Source: Sphingomicrobium sp. | GTDB taxonomy: Bacteria > Pseudomonadota > Alphaproteobacteria > Sphingomonadales > Sphingomonadaceae | Assembly (NCBI GenBank): GCA_035694565.1 | Contig: DASSFK010000071.1 | Coordinates: 1 to 47,317, forward strand | Direction of reading: 5' to 3' | DNA length: 47,317 bases | Part shown: piece by piece, positions 17,561-28,900 of the stretch | Numbering within the stretch: the first letter of the stretch is position 1 | Layout: every line of letters begins with the position of its first letter | The notes under the pieces: generated by a model | What the model was told of the DNA's origin: nothing | What the model saw: only the letters and a program-made list of their open reading frames with translations | Databases searched by the model: none | Translations under genes and position numbers: made by a program

Positions 17561-18289
17561 ATGACTCCCCTTGGCGCGTTCGAGTTACTCGATGTTTGGG
17601 AGGAGGGACGGGCGCAAAGCCCGGTGCGTCGAGCCCTTTTGCTGTTGAAAGCGGCCTGGCCCGAATATGACAGCAACGGATGGGGGAAGCTATCCATCGG
17701 AATGCGCGATCAATGGCTGGTTGCGCTCCGCACCCGAATGTTCGGCACCCACTTCGAACTGCTTGCTGATTGTCCCGCCTGCGGAGCAGCGCTCGAGACC
17801 GGTTTTCACGCCAGCGACTTGCCGTGCTTGCAGCCGCGCGCTGAAAGCTACGAATTATCCTGGGACGGATTGCACGTCGCCTACCGCCTTCCGACCAGCG
17901 ACGACCTTATCGATGTTCTTGAGACCAACGAAATCGCCGCACCGGACCAAGCCATTCTTGCACGTTGCGTCCAGGCAGTCAGGCAAAATCGGCGTAAGTA
18001 TACTGGGCACAAGCTAAGTGCCGAACTGCGCGAGCACATCGAGCAAGCAATGGCAGAGCAAGACATCGCGGCGCAGATCGATGTGGGCCTTGTGTGCCAG
18101 GCCTGCGGCCACTCGTTTGAGCGAAGGTTCGACATCGTCGATCATCTCTGGGGTGAGATTGGCGATTGGGCCGAGCGCATCCTTGCCGACGTGCACCTGC
18201 TGGCTGGCGCCTATGGGTGGAGCGAAGAGGTAGTACTCAATCTAAGTCCCGCTCGGCGCCAACATTACATCGAACTGCTGGCGGCATGA
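17561..18289 (+). CDS. eCIS-associated baseplate-hub/tail chaperone-like protein with two CxxC pairs
   Basis: CPAC and CQAC; YRLPTSDDL; C-terminal VHLLAGAYGWSEEVVLNLSPARRQHYIEL; position after the tube gene; GGAGG RBS. Confidence 0.75.
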   Translation: MTPLGAFELLDVWEEGRAQSPVRRALLLLKAAWPEYDSNGWGKLSIGMRDQWLVALRTRMFGTHFELLADCPACGAALETGFHASDLPCLQPRAESYELSWDGLHVAYRLPTSDDLIDVLETNEIAAPDQAILARCVQAVRQNRRKYTGHKLSAELREHIEQAMAEQDIAAQIDVGLVCQACGHSFERRFDIVDHLWGEIGDWAERILADVHLLAGAYGWSEEVVLNLSPARRQHYIELLAA

Positions 18290-19260
18290 GTAGGAACGAA
18301 CCTGGCTTCCTTGCCGAGCTCGTCAGTCGTGCGCGCCATTCCGGGGCTGCAGAGACAGCCAATAACTTCGCCTCCCCGGCCGAGCCTGATCAGACCCAAA
18401 TGTTCCGCCGCCGCCGGCTCTCCCTGTTTGAGCCCGTGTCTCCATGGCGCGGCGGCTTTGTGATGGATATTGAACGAGAGGCGCAGTCAACGCCGGTTCC
18501 GGACCCCGCTCCTGCACCACGCCATCTCGATGTGGCGACGGCGCCGAAACCCCGGCCGCGCCAGATCCGGCAAAAGGACGGGCATGACCAAATCCCGTCC
18601 AAGATCGCTGACGCCCGTCCGACAGCTCAATTGCACTCTGACATCAAGGCCGGACCGGAAGCAGTTGCAGCCAATTCGACCATTCCGCAGTCCCCGCTTG
18701 CGCCGTCGCGCCCGCTTCGTATCCAATCGGACTCGCGTGGCCAGAGAGCAATCCCTCAGGCACCGCCGCCGGAACCGGAATTTCACCCTGCTGCTCCGCT
18801 GGAAGCTGCTCCGCCGCGCTCAAGGCGGCCGACGCGCGAATCCGACTGGAGGTCTTCAATCCGCGACTCTCGCGAGATTGCGAGGGACGGGCAAGAGCGC
18901 GATTCCGCTGCTTTCGCCAAATTGCAAAGGCCACTCTCGGAGGCAGCCGGCACAACAAAGGACCCTCCTCCTAAAGCGCCCACCATACCAAATTTGACCG
19001 CCCTTCCCGCTGCGCCGCCGCCCAGGGGGTCAGTGGCTCCATTAGTTGACGCGCTAACTCGCGTCCGCGCAGCCTTGCCAGTCGCAACACCGGCTTCGAC
19101 ACAATCTCCCGCGCCTCCACCGCCGGTTCAAATCAGCATTGGGCGCGTCGAAGTTCGTGCGCAGCCAGCTCCGTCTCCGCCGGCGGGCACGGGCCAGCCG
19201 CGCGGGCCACGTGTCTCGCTTGACGATTATTTGCAGACTCGCGGGGAGGGGCGGCAATGA
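18286..19260 (+). CDS. Pro-rich, probably disordered eCIS-associated protein
   Basis: ATGA overlaps at both ends; C-terminal VQISIGRVEVRA...SLDDYL. Confidence 0.7.
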   Translation: MSRNEPGFLAELVSRARHSGAAETANNFASPAEPDQTQMFRRRRLSLFEPVSPWRGGFVMDIEREAQSTPVPDPAPAPRHLDVATAPKPRPRQIRQKDGHDQIPSKIADARPTAQLHSDIKAGPEAVAANSTIPQSPLAPSRPLRIQSDSRGQRAIPQAPPPEPEFHPAAPLEAAPPRSRRPTRESDWRSSIRDSREIARDGQERDSAAFAKLQRPLSEAAGTTKDPPPKAPTIPNLTALPAAPPPRGSVAPLVDALTRVRAALPVATPASTQSPAPPPPVQISIGRVEVRAQPAPSPPAGTGQPRGPRVSLDDYLQTRGEGRQ

Positions 19261-20573
19261 GCAGCGCCCTCGCAATTGCCGCGGTCACTGCTGCGTTGAA
19301 GGATATAATCAACAACGGCTTCGTCGATCACGACCTTTCGACGGTCGGAAATTTCACGGTCACCTCGCAGCCGCCGGACCGGATCACGACCGGAGCCACC
19401 GAGGCCAATCAATTGAACCTGTTCCTGTACCAGATTACGCCCAACCTGGGCTGGCGGAATGCCGACCTTCCGGCACGGGACCGAAGCGGCGTCCGCATCT
19501 CTAACCCGCCGCTGGCAGTGGATCTTCATTTCCTGCTCAGCGCCTACGGAGCTGAAGACCTCAACGCCGAGGTGCTGCTCGGCTTTGCCATGCAAATATT
19601 GCACGAGACTCCGGTTCTGGCACGCGAGCAGCTCCGCATTGCGCTTGGTTCGCCCGCGCCGATCGATGGTACGATTTTGCCAGGACCATTCGGAACGTTG
19701 TCAGCCCTCGACCTTGCCGACCAGGTTGAACTCATCAAGATCACACCGGAATTCCTTGGCGCTGAGGAGTTATCGAAGCTCTGGACGGCAATGCAGGCGC
19801 GCTACCGGCCGTCAATGAGCTATCTGGTGACGGTTGTGCTGATCCGCCGTGAGGGCGATGCTCGAATTGCGCCTCCCGTCCTGCAGCGCGGAGCCGATGA
19901 TCGCGGTCCTACAGCCATCGGCCTTCCACCAGCGCTGACGGCTGTTCGCAACATCGCGTCGCCTTTGCTGCCGGGCGCCCGGCTGGGTGACGATCTGGCC
20001 TTTTTGGGAAACAATTTGCTGCGGCCTGGGGTCATCACGGCATTGTTCGAGTGCCATCGGCTCGGCATCCGCAATGAGCTGCCTGCCGCACCGGGGCCTG
20101 TCTCGAACGAGCTTTTGGCACACCTTCCGGCGACTTCTGATGACGATGCGGCCATGGCCAATTGGGCGGCCGGTATTTATTCGGTAGCGCTTCGCGTGGC
20201 CGAACCCGACGTCCCGGCCTGGACGACCAATAGCATCCCGCTCGCGATTGCGCCGCGCATCGAATTTGCACCAGACTCGGTTGCAGTCGACACCGAATTC
20301 GATCTCACCGTCAGCTGTTCACCCCGCGTGCGGCCGCTGCAGGAGGCGGGAGTGAGGCTTATCGTCGGAACCACTGAGATACTGCCGAAACTGACGACCC
20401 AACCACCGGACACTGCCGAGCCGACTTCCCTTGTATTCAGCGTCCCGGGCCTTCCATCTGGGACCCACCTCATCAGATTGCGCGTGGACGGGATTGATAG
20501 TCTCCCCATTAAATTGAATGGCGTACCTCCCGAGATTGTCTTCGATCCCGGCCAGATGGTGACGGCGCAATGA
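19257..20573 (+). CDS. DUF4255 tail terminator/cap protein (Afp16/Pvc16-like) with C-terminal Ig-like extensions
   Basis: MSSALAIAAVTAALK; QLNLFLYQ; PPLAVDLHFLLSAY; ELSKLWTAMQARYRPSMSY. Confidence 0.9.
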   Translation: MSSALAIAAVTAALKDIINNGFVDHDLSTVGNFTVTSQPPDRITTGATEANQLNLFLYQITPNLGWRNADLPARDRSGVRISNPPLAVDLHFLLSAYGAEDLNAEVLLGFAMQILHETPVLAREQLRIALGSPAPIDGTILPGPFGTLSALDLADQVELIKITPEFLGAEELSKLWTAMQARYRPSMSYLVTVVLIRREGDARIAPPVLQRGADDRGPTAIGLPPALTAVRNIASPLLPGARLGDDLAFLGNNLLRPGVITALFECHRLGIRNELPAAPGPVSNELLAHLPATSDDDAAMANWAAGIYSVALRVAEPDVPAWTTNSIPLAIAPRIEFAPDSVAVDTEFDLTVSCSPRVRPLQEAGVRLIVGTTEILPKLTTQPPDTAEPTSLVFSVPGLPSGTHLIRLRVDGIDSLPIKLNGVPPEIVFDPGQMVTAQ

Positions 20574-22648
20574 GCCCGGCTGACCAGGACTGGATTGAGG
20601 CCAATAACCTCTATCTCAACCAATCGCTCAAATGGCTGCGCGCACGCCTGAAAAATCGTCTCGGTGTGCAAGCTCCCGTGATCGTGTCGACGCCTTCCGC
20701 GGAGGAAATTCCTGCCGCCCCTCGTCGATCGTGGTGGAGTTTCGGTTCTTCACCGGATGTACCGCCAGCGACCACTGCGCCGCTCGCCCTTGTCGACAGC
20801 ACGGTAGACGAGGAGTCTGCGGCTACCGATCGGACAGCGGCAGCAGAAATTAATCCGCCCCCGGCCTTGCTGGTGCTGGCTGAGCGGCTGGGTTTGACCG
20901 CGTTCGAGCGCGATACGCTTTTGCTTTGCGCTGCTTCAGAGCTAGAGCCAGCCATTGCCGCCCTGTTCACGCCGGGAGGAGCGACGGGCCAGTTTGCTGC
21001 GCCGACGTTCGCGCTTGCGCTTCATATCCTAGACAATCCGAGCTGGGACGCCCTCTCGCCTCATCGCCCTCTTCGCTATGCACGGTTGATCGAGGTGAAC
21101 CAAGGTGGCGCGACGCCTCTCACCATTGCGCCGCTGCGGGCGGACGAGCGTATCGTTCATTATCTCAAGGGCCTGAATTCGCTCGACGAACGCCTCACTG
21201 ATCTCCTCACGTTGGCAGGCGATACGGAAATTCCGCTGCTTGCTACCAGCCAGGAGGCCATTGCCGAAGATATTCTCATCCAGCTGAAAGCCACTGGCGG
21301 CGCGGCACAAATCCCGCTCGTCTCATTGATCGGCTCTGACGTCGGAAGCCAACTTGAAACGGCCCGTTATGTTGCCGGTAAACTTGGACGACGGCTCTAC
21401 CAGGTGGAAATCGACGCACTTCCCGGAGCTACTGAGCTCGAGGGCGTCGTTCGACTGTGGCAACGCGAGCGACTCCTTCTGCCGATAGCTCTTTTCGTGG
21501 ATGCGCATGAGCTAGCCGCCACGGGCGTAGACCGGGTGAGGGCCTTTCAGGCATTCGCCAGGCGCGACATTGGTCCGGCATTCATTGGCCTGCGCGAAGC
21601 GCCGGGCCGTGCTTTCGGCCATGCGGTCGGCTTCGAGGTGTCCAAGCCCACGGCACAGGAGCAGCATGCCGCCTGGGAAAAAGCCCTCGAGGTTGCAGAC
21701 GGAGGCTCCAGCGAGCGCCTTGCTGGCCACTTTGATCTGTCACTGCGAGACATTGCGACTGTGACTGGCTTCGCTACCGCCGCCAGTGGCGGGACACCCG
21801 ATGAGGACCAGCTCTGGTCTGCCGCGCGACGCCTCGTATTGCCCCGGTTGGACCAGCTGGCGGAGCGAATTGAGCCGCGTGCCACGTGGGACGACATCGT
21901 CCTAACCGACGAGGCAGCCCTGCTCATTCACCAGATCGCCGATCAGGCCAGGCATCGATACCGCGTCTACGAGGAATGGGGCTACGCTGCCCGAATGAAT
22001 CGGGGCCTCGGTATCAGCGCCCTATTCGCTGGCGAAAGCGGCACCGGCAAGACAATGGCCGCGGAAGTAATTGCCAACGAACTCAGGCTTGCCCTCTACA
22101 GAATCGACCTCTCCGGAGTCGTCAGCAAGTATATCGGCGAGACCGAGAAGAATCTGAGCCGCCTGTTCGACGCGGCCGAACAGGGCGGCGCCATCCTGCT
22201 CTTTGACGAGGCCGATGCCCTGTTCGGCAAGCGGAGCGAGGTCAAGGACAGCCACGACCGTTATGCCAACATCGAAATAAACTATCTGCTGCAGCGGACG
22301 GAATCCTTTCGCGGCATCGCCATCCTCGCGACGAACATGAAGAGCGCGCTTGATGCAGCGTTCATGCGGCGGCTCCGGTTCGTCGTGAACTTCCCCTATC
22401 CGGGACCGAGCGAGCGCGAACTCATGTGGCGCAAGACGCTGCCCGAAGCCGTTCCGCGAGAGGATCTCGACTATGCTCGCCTGGCGCGCTTCCACCTGTC
22501 AGGCGGAAACATTCACAGCGTAGCCCTAAATGCCGCCTTCATGGCCGCTTCGCGCGGCGTGCCAATGAACGAAAATCTGATCGTCGCTGCGCTTCGCAAC
22601 GAGCTCAAGAAGCTCGACAAGCCAGCCAATGAGGCGGCACTCCGATGA
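20570..22648 (+). CDS. eCIS AAA+ ATPase (Afp15/Pvc15-like)
   Basis: Walker A GESGTGKT; VVSKYIGETEKNL; Walker B LLFDEADALFGKRSEVKDSHDRYANIEINYLLQR. Confidence 0.95.
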   Translation: MSPADQDWIEANNLYLNQSLKWLRARLKNRLGVQAPVIVSTPSAEEIPAAPRRSWWSFGSSPDVPPATTAPLALVDSTVDEESAATDRTAAAEINPPPALLVLAERLGLTAFERDTLLLCAASELEPAIAALFTPGGATGQFAAPTFALALHILDNPSWDALSPHRPLRYARLIEVNQGGATPLTIAPLRADERIVHYLKGLNSLDERLTDLLTLAGDTEIPLLATSQEAIAEDILIQLKATGGAAQIPLVSLIGSDVGSQLETARYVAGKLGRRLYQVEIDALPGATELEGVVRLWQRERLLLPIALFVDAHELAATGVDRVRAFQAFARRDIGPAFIGLREAPGRAFGHAVGFEVSKPTAQEQHAAWEKALEVADGGSSERLAGHFDLSLRDIATVTGFATAASGGTPDEDQLWSAARRLVLPRLDQLAERIEPRATWDDIVLTDEAALLIHQIADQARHRYRVYEEWGYAARMNRGLGISALFAGESGTGKTMAAEVIANELRLALYRIDLSGVVSKYIGETEKNLSRLFDAAEQGGAILLFDEADALFGKRSEVKDSHDRYANIEINYLLQRTESFRGIAILATNMKSALDAAFMRRLRFVVNFPYPGPSERELMWRKTLPEAVPREDLDYARLARFHLSGGNIHSVALNAAFMAASRGVPMNENLIVAALRNELKKLDKPANEAALR

Positions 22649-22950
22649 TGGCTCGCCGGGGAATCCGCGGCCCGGCCGATGTCGAGACACTTCGCTCCGA
22701 CAGGCCAGTATCGATCAAAATCGATCGGCTGACTTTCGATGGCCTGACGCTGTCGGCGGGTGAGGCCCGGCGAGCTGGAGCCGCGCTGGAACTGGAACTG
22801 TCGCGGTTGGCAGTCGATGGCCACTGGCCTCACCAAGGAGTGGCAATCCCCTTGGCCAGGCCGCCCGTGTTGACAATTACGCCCGGGTCGCCGGAGCAGC
22901 TAGGCAGGCTCATCGCTCGCGCATTGTTCAAAACCGTGAGGGAAGCGTGA
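22645..22950 (+). CDS. Small eCIS-associated hypothetical protein
   Basis: Overlaps both neighbours; VSIKIDRLTFDG and EQLGRLIARALF. Confidence 0.7.
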   Translation: MMARRGIRGPADVETLRSDRPVSIKIDRLTFDGLTLSAGEARRAGAALELELSRLAVDGHWPHQGVAIPLARPPVLTITPGSPEQLGRLIARALFKTVREA

Positions 22951-25900
22951 GCCGGGTGCTCGCCGCGGCTGAACCGACCGCTGCTGAGGCGGTGTCGCGG
23001 CCGGCTCCCAAGAGAAGGCCTTCCGCAATCCGCGAGCCGGGGATGGAGACTTCGGCGCTGGCGATCGGCGCCTTTGCTGGGCTGCCCGCTGGGGCTGTCA
23101 GCGATCCCGACGGGCAGCGCGCCCTACTGACCGCGCTGTTGCTTGAGCAGCTCGCGCCCGCGCTCGGCCTCGATCCCACGCGCATCCGCATCCGCTGCGA
23201 TCCGGGCGCTGCCGCCCGGCTCGACGCGGCCGGCGCGCAGGGGCTGCAGGAAGGCTCGAACATCCTGCTGCACCCGGCCCGCTTCCGGCCGGAGACGAGC
23301 GGTGGTCGCGGCCTCCTCGCGCATGAGGCGGCCCATGCCGCCCAGCGTCTGCTTACCGGCCCGTCCGACGAAGCCGAGGCCGAGCGCGAGGCAGCAGCGA
23401 TTGCCGAGGCGGTCATCGAGAACCGCCGCCCTGATCGGCCGGTGGTGCCGCTGCGGACGCTGCGCGCCGCCGCCGACGCCGGCCAGGTCGCCGCCGCACC
23501 CGATCCGAAGCAGGTCCTGGTCAGCCGCCAGCGCGAACTAGCGGTGATCCGCAAGGCGCTGTCGGGCTGGTGGGTCTCGGACGGGGATGTCTTCCGCGTG
23601 CTGGCAATCCTCGAGGCCGTGCCCCACGCGGTGATCGAGCCGCTGCTCAACAACCTTTCCGAAAAGGAGCGCTACTGGCTCGCCGACAACATCAACCCGC
23701 CGCACGTCTATCGCAACCGCCGCACCGCACTCGCCTGCTACCAGCGCACCCTGACCGACGCCCGGCTGCGCGACGCGATCGACCTCAAGGTGATGCGCGC
23801 CTTGCCGCTATTCGGCATGACGACCGAGGAGCAGGAGACCGCCGCCTGGATTCTCGAGCATCTGTCCCACGCCCAGCGCGAGGAGCTGCTGGCGTCGGAC
23901 AACGGCGCCGCGATCGCCCACATCATGGGGGCGCCGCTGCCATCGGCTGAAGAGCTGCAGCGCATCCGCGACGAGTCGAAGAAGGCCGCTAAGGCGGAAG
24001 CTGAGCTGCATGACAAGCAGGTCGCGGCGGACGCCCAGTCGGGCATTCCCGAAACTCAGGCCGCGCTCGACATGATCAAGACGCTGCTGGGCGACAAGGC
24101 CAACGCCGGCACGGCGCGACGGGCACTCGAGGTGATCGGCGAGGGGGGCGTCGAGACGGCACGCTTCCAATATCTCGCCGACCAGCTCGATGAAGCGGGC
24201 TTGATCGACAAGCTGGTCAAGTTGCTCCCGGTCAAAACGCTGTTCGACACCACGCACGGCGCTACCCTGTTCGCGCTGGTCCGCTCGCGCCTGCCGATCA
24301 AGAACGAGGAGTTGATCGAAAGCCAGCTCAGCTATCACATCACCAGCTGGGCGATCCGCGACGACGAGGCGCTCTATGCCTACAAGTTGATCAAATCGCT
24401 GCCGCTCTCGGCGCAGCACAAGTTCCGGCTGCGCGACGGCGGCAAATGGTACCTGCGGCTGCTCGAGAATTTGCCGACTGATCCCTCGAGCCAGCGCGGC
24501 TATCCCGGGCTCGAGATCCGCAAGGCCGAAACCCAGGCGGAGATCGAGGAGCTCCGCAAGGCCGGCGCAAAGCAGATCGACGAGAAGGAGCTGCTCTACA
24601 ACGCCTCCGAACTGCAGGAAAAGCGGCTCGAGGATGTCGGTGCCACGACGGTGCTGAACGACATCCTGGCGGCGTTCAGGGAAGCGGAAAAGGGCATCTA
24701 CCGCGATCATGAAGCGAGGGGCATGTATGTCCTGTTAGCGGGGGTCGGCAGCTCGGTCCTGACGGCGAAGGCCGACAAGCCGGCCGACCGGTTGCTGCGC
24801 GAGGCCGTCGTCCACGAGCTCGACCGGCTCGGCCACATCGACAGGCTGTTCGACAACCTGCCCGATTCCTTCCTGTTCAACGAAGAGAACCGGATCACCA
24901 CCGTCCAGATCATGATGGCGCGCGACCCGTCACGCGCGCGGGCGCACGCTCGTGAGCTCGTCTCGACCGGCTTCACCGACTGGATGGTCAAGGACGGTGA
25001 GGCCTGGCTCGCCTATCAGTGCGTTAAGGCGCTGCCGCCCGACGAGCGCGAGGCGTTCATCGCCGAGGAGCCCGACGCCTGGAAGCGCATCCTCGGCGAG
25101 ATGAGTGAGAGCCAGCGCCAGGCGAGCGACCTCAACCTCTATGTCGGCGATAAGGCGGGCACCGACCGCGCCTCGGTGCTCGGCCAGCTGGCCGAGGCGC
25201 AGACCTGGACCGAGGACAACAGCGGCATCGTCACCAACCTGGTGCGGATGGCGATCTCAATGACCGAGCACCGCTTCGCCTTCGCCCAGTCGGAGAAGTT
25301 CCTGGCCTACGCGAAAGGCCCCAAGCTCGCCGCGGTGGTCGAGAAATTCCGGCTCTACCACAAGGTCGAGCGGCCCCATTACGAGCCAACCCTGCTCAAG
25401 GGCACGCACTGGTACGAGGAGGGCGTGTTCGCAACGCTGCGCCAAGTCTGGGGCGGGCTTGTCACCGTGGTACGCACCGACCTCCTGCTGGTCGAAGGCG
25501 GCATCGGCATCCGCACCGACGTGCGCGACGTCCAGGGCATGATGGGCGGCAACCTGTTCGGCGCGCGGGTGGCCGATCCCGCCAAGCGCGACGCCGACCA
25601 GCCGCTGCCACATCCCGAGGCCAACAAGCTCTCGCTGATCATCCGGCCGTTCGACAAGAGCGCCGAGCTCCGCCTGCCCGAGCTCGAGCTCGAATCCTCC
25701 AACATCCAGATGGGCGGCAGCACCCTCCAGTTCAGCCGCCTGATGCTGCGCGGGCTGCAGCTCGAAGCGGCCTTTGCCACCGACCAACGGGACCAGCCGG
25801 TGCGGGCCTCGGCCGAGGTCGCCTCGGTCCAGGTCGACGACCTGCTCATCTCCAAATCCTCCAGCATGCTGGCGATCGGCCGGCTGTTCGTCGGCGCGCT

Positions 25901-28900
25901 GCGCGCGGCGGTGGCGACGGTCGATGCGATCACCCGCCCGTCGGGCTCGGAGAAGCAATTCGCCGTGCCGTTCTTGCTGATCGTGCCGCACCTGATCGGC
26001 ATGCTCGCTGTCGCCGCGCTGCCGTACTACATCTACAAGAAGATTGCCGGCGCGCTCGCTCAGGGGCTCGACAAGGGGATCACCGACGAGCTCCTGGACG
26101 ACGTCGCCAGGCACGCCAAGGCGATCAGCTTCACGCTCGGCAGCCTCGACGTCGACAATCTGTCGACCAGCGGCGGCCAGCATGTCGGCCATGCCGGCCT
26201 GCGCGACTTCTCGGTCCAGGTCGGGCTCAATCGTTCGGCGCGGCTGCGCGCGGAACGCGCCTCGATCCAGGCGCGGCTCACGGCTCTCGAGGACAAGCCC
26301 GAATCGAAGGCGAAGCGCGAAGCGCTCAATGGCCGGCTCGCCGAGATCGACAAGGAGCTCAACGACGTCGCGGCCGGCGAGCGCGAATATATCGCGATCA
26401 TGAACCAACTGCGCGCGGGGGGCCTCTCGCCCGAGCGCCAGAAGGCCTTGCAGGGACGGCTCGACGCGCTCCATTTCGAGGACGAAGGCAAGGTCTTCAT
26501 CGACATCGGCGCGATCGAGACCTCAGGACTCCAGGGCCAGATCACGGCCAAGGAGCCGATCCGCATCGCCGGGATTCATGGCGAGGGCGGCAGCGCGTCG
26601 CTCAACCGGTTCCTCGCGTTGCCGACGGTCACCGACGCCGAGCTCAACCGCCGGTTCGTCGCCGGGGACCGGCCGCTCTCGCCGCTCGACGACGGGATGA
26701 GCGGCGACTTCCGGCTCGATATCGGCGACGTCCGCACCGGCGAGTTGCGGATCGGCGGCGGGTTGCGGACGGTCAAGGACATCGACGCCGAGATCGAGAA
26801 GCTCAAGCCGCGGCGCGAGCACGAGGCCATCAAGCCGCTCTACGAAAGCCTGCTGCTGCTGCGCCCCAAGGCCGAACGCTACGAGCGGACGGTTCAACAC
26901 GGGGTGTCGCGGCTCGACGCCGACCAGCTCGAGGAATTCCGGGCGTTGCGCCGCGACCTTGCCGCGCAGGCGAGCCTGATCGTCAAATCCATCGAAATCG
27001 TCGAGGCGAAGCTCGACGTCGATTTTGCCACCGGCGCGGTCGGCTTCGGCGCAGCTTCGATCAGGGTGAGCGGCATCGAAGTGCCGGCCACCGGCCTTGA
27101 GATGGACGAGGTGATCGTCCGCGGGCTCGGCCTGCGCGCGGTCCCCAAGGGCGGCATCCTCGGCATCGCCGACTGGCGCAAGAACCTTCGCGACCTCGGC
27201 GCCCAGGCGGATAGCGTCGAAGTCAGCGGCGCGCGCAGCCGCTATCATGGCCTGCTGTTCGAAAAGGCGACGTTGACCGGCCCCTATGCCCGCCTACGCA
27301 ACCGCGGGGACAAGATCGAGCTCGGCCTCAAGCGGTTCGGCGTCGAGAATATTGGGATCGCGCCGCGCATCGGACTGCTGCAGCAGAAGCTCGACGGGAT
27401 GCGCGCTCAGGCCCGGCAGGCGGGCACAGCCGAAAAGCCCAAGCTGGAAGCTTCGATCAGGCAGCTCGAGGGGATCATCAGCGGTCTGCAGCAGCTCGTC
27501 GATTCCCGCCTGGCCGCTTATGCCCAGCTGCAACGAGCGAAGACACCCGACGAGATCAAGGCCGCCAAGGACAAGGTCGCCGAGGCCGATGCCCAGATCG
27601 CCGTCGGCCTCGCCCAATATGGCGCGACCGAGGTCTCGCTCGACGAGTTTGGCGTCGCTGTTAGCGGCGCCGGCGACCTGTTGACGGATGTGCTCGACGG
27701 CGGCGTGGATCCGCTTGCCGTGCTGAAACGCGGCGGCGTGTCAGTCCAAGGTACCGGGCCGAACAAGCGGCTGTTCAAGAACTTCTCCGTCCACGGCGGC
27801 CAGATGTCAGCCGACGCGCCCATGAGCAAGGACAAGAGCATTTCGGGCGAAGTCGGCAGTTTCGAGATCGGCGAGACCAGGCTCGACGTGAACGCCCGGA
27901 TGGAGGGCCAGTCGATCGTCGTCGGCGTGCCCGATTTCAGTCTCGCCTCGCTGTCGATCGAAAGCTTCTTGTTCACCTCGGCCGAAGCCGGCGGCTCGCT
28001 GCAATTCTGGTCCGACGGCAAGAGCGGGATCGAAGGTATCAAGTTTGTCGGCGAAGTGCGGCTGGACCCCAAGGTCGAGAACCCGGCGGGACTCGCCGAT
28101 TATCGTCTCGCTCATCTCACGGTGAACTCGTTCCGGATCGATGCAATTCGCGCCAGCGGCCTTGGCCTCGCGATCCCGAACGAGAAGCTCGAGGTAACAA
28201 TCAAGTCGGGCGCGATCACCGGCATTTACGCGGAAGGGATGGACGTCGACCTGCCCGCCGATGCCAAGGCCGCGCCGATCGTTACCGGCAAGGCCGGCAT
28301 CGAGGCGATCGACGATGTCATCATCGGCAAGGCGGTAGCCGGCGCCTGGCAGGTGGACGGCGGCAAGATCCGCATGCGCAAGCTCGAGGCGGCTTTCCTC
28401 AAAGAGGGAGAGATCGAGGCCAGCCTCGGGTCGTTGAGTCTGCTTGGCTTCGGCGTGCGCGGCCCCGATGGTTGGGTGCGCTTCTCGCTCGCCGACATGG
28501 GCGCGAACCTCCATTACAAGAACGGAATCCTCGACGTCCGCGACTTCCACATCGGACGCTTCGAGGTTTCGGCGCTCCACTGGCGGGCCGGCGCCAAGGG
28601 CATGGTCGACGCCGACCAGCCGGTCGTGCTGTCCGACCTCAGGGTAAGCGCGCTGGCCGAGATCGCCAAGCCGGCTGCGGATGGCAAGAAGCCCGCCCAC
28701 CCGATCAGCCGGCTCATGATCCGGAAACTCCACGTCGGCGGTTTCGAGGCGAAGCACCTCAAGTATCAGGACGAGGACTATGTCGTCGAGATTGGCCGCG
28801 AGCAGTATCGCCAGCCGAAATATCTGCAGGGTTTCAAGGGGATCGAGCTCAAGAATCTCGATATCTGGGACCTGGAATGGAAGGAGGGCAAAGGCCTCAC

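Noticed and set aside
23319-23340. HEAAH and HELGH motifs as proof of protease toxins
   Set aside because: HExxH is part of the DUF4157 signature; catalytic activity cannot be inferred from the motif alone
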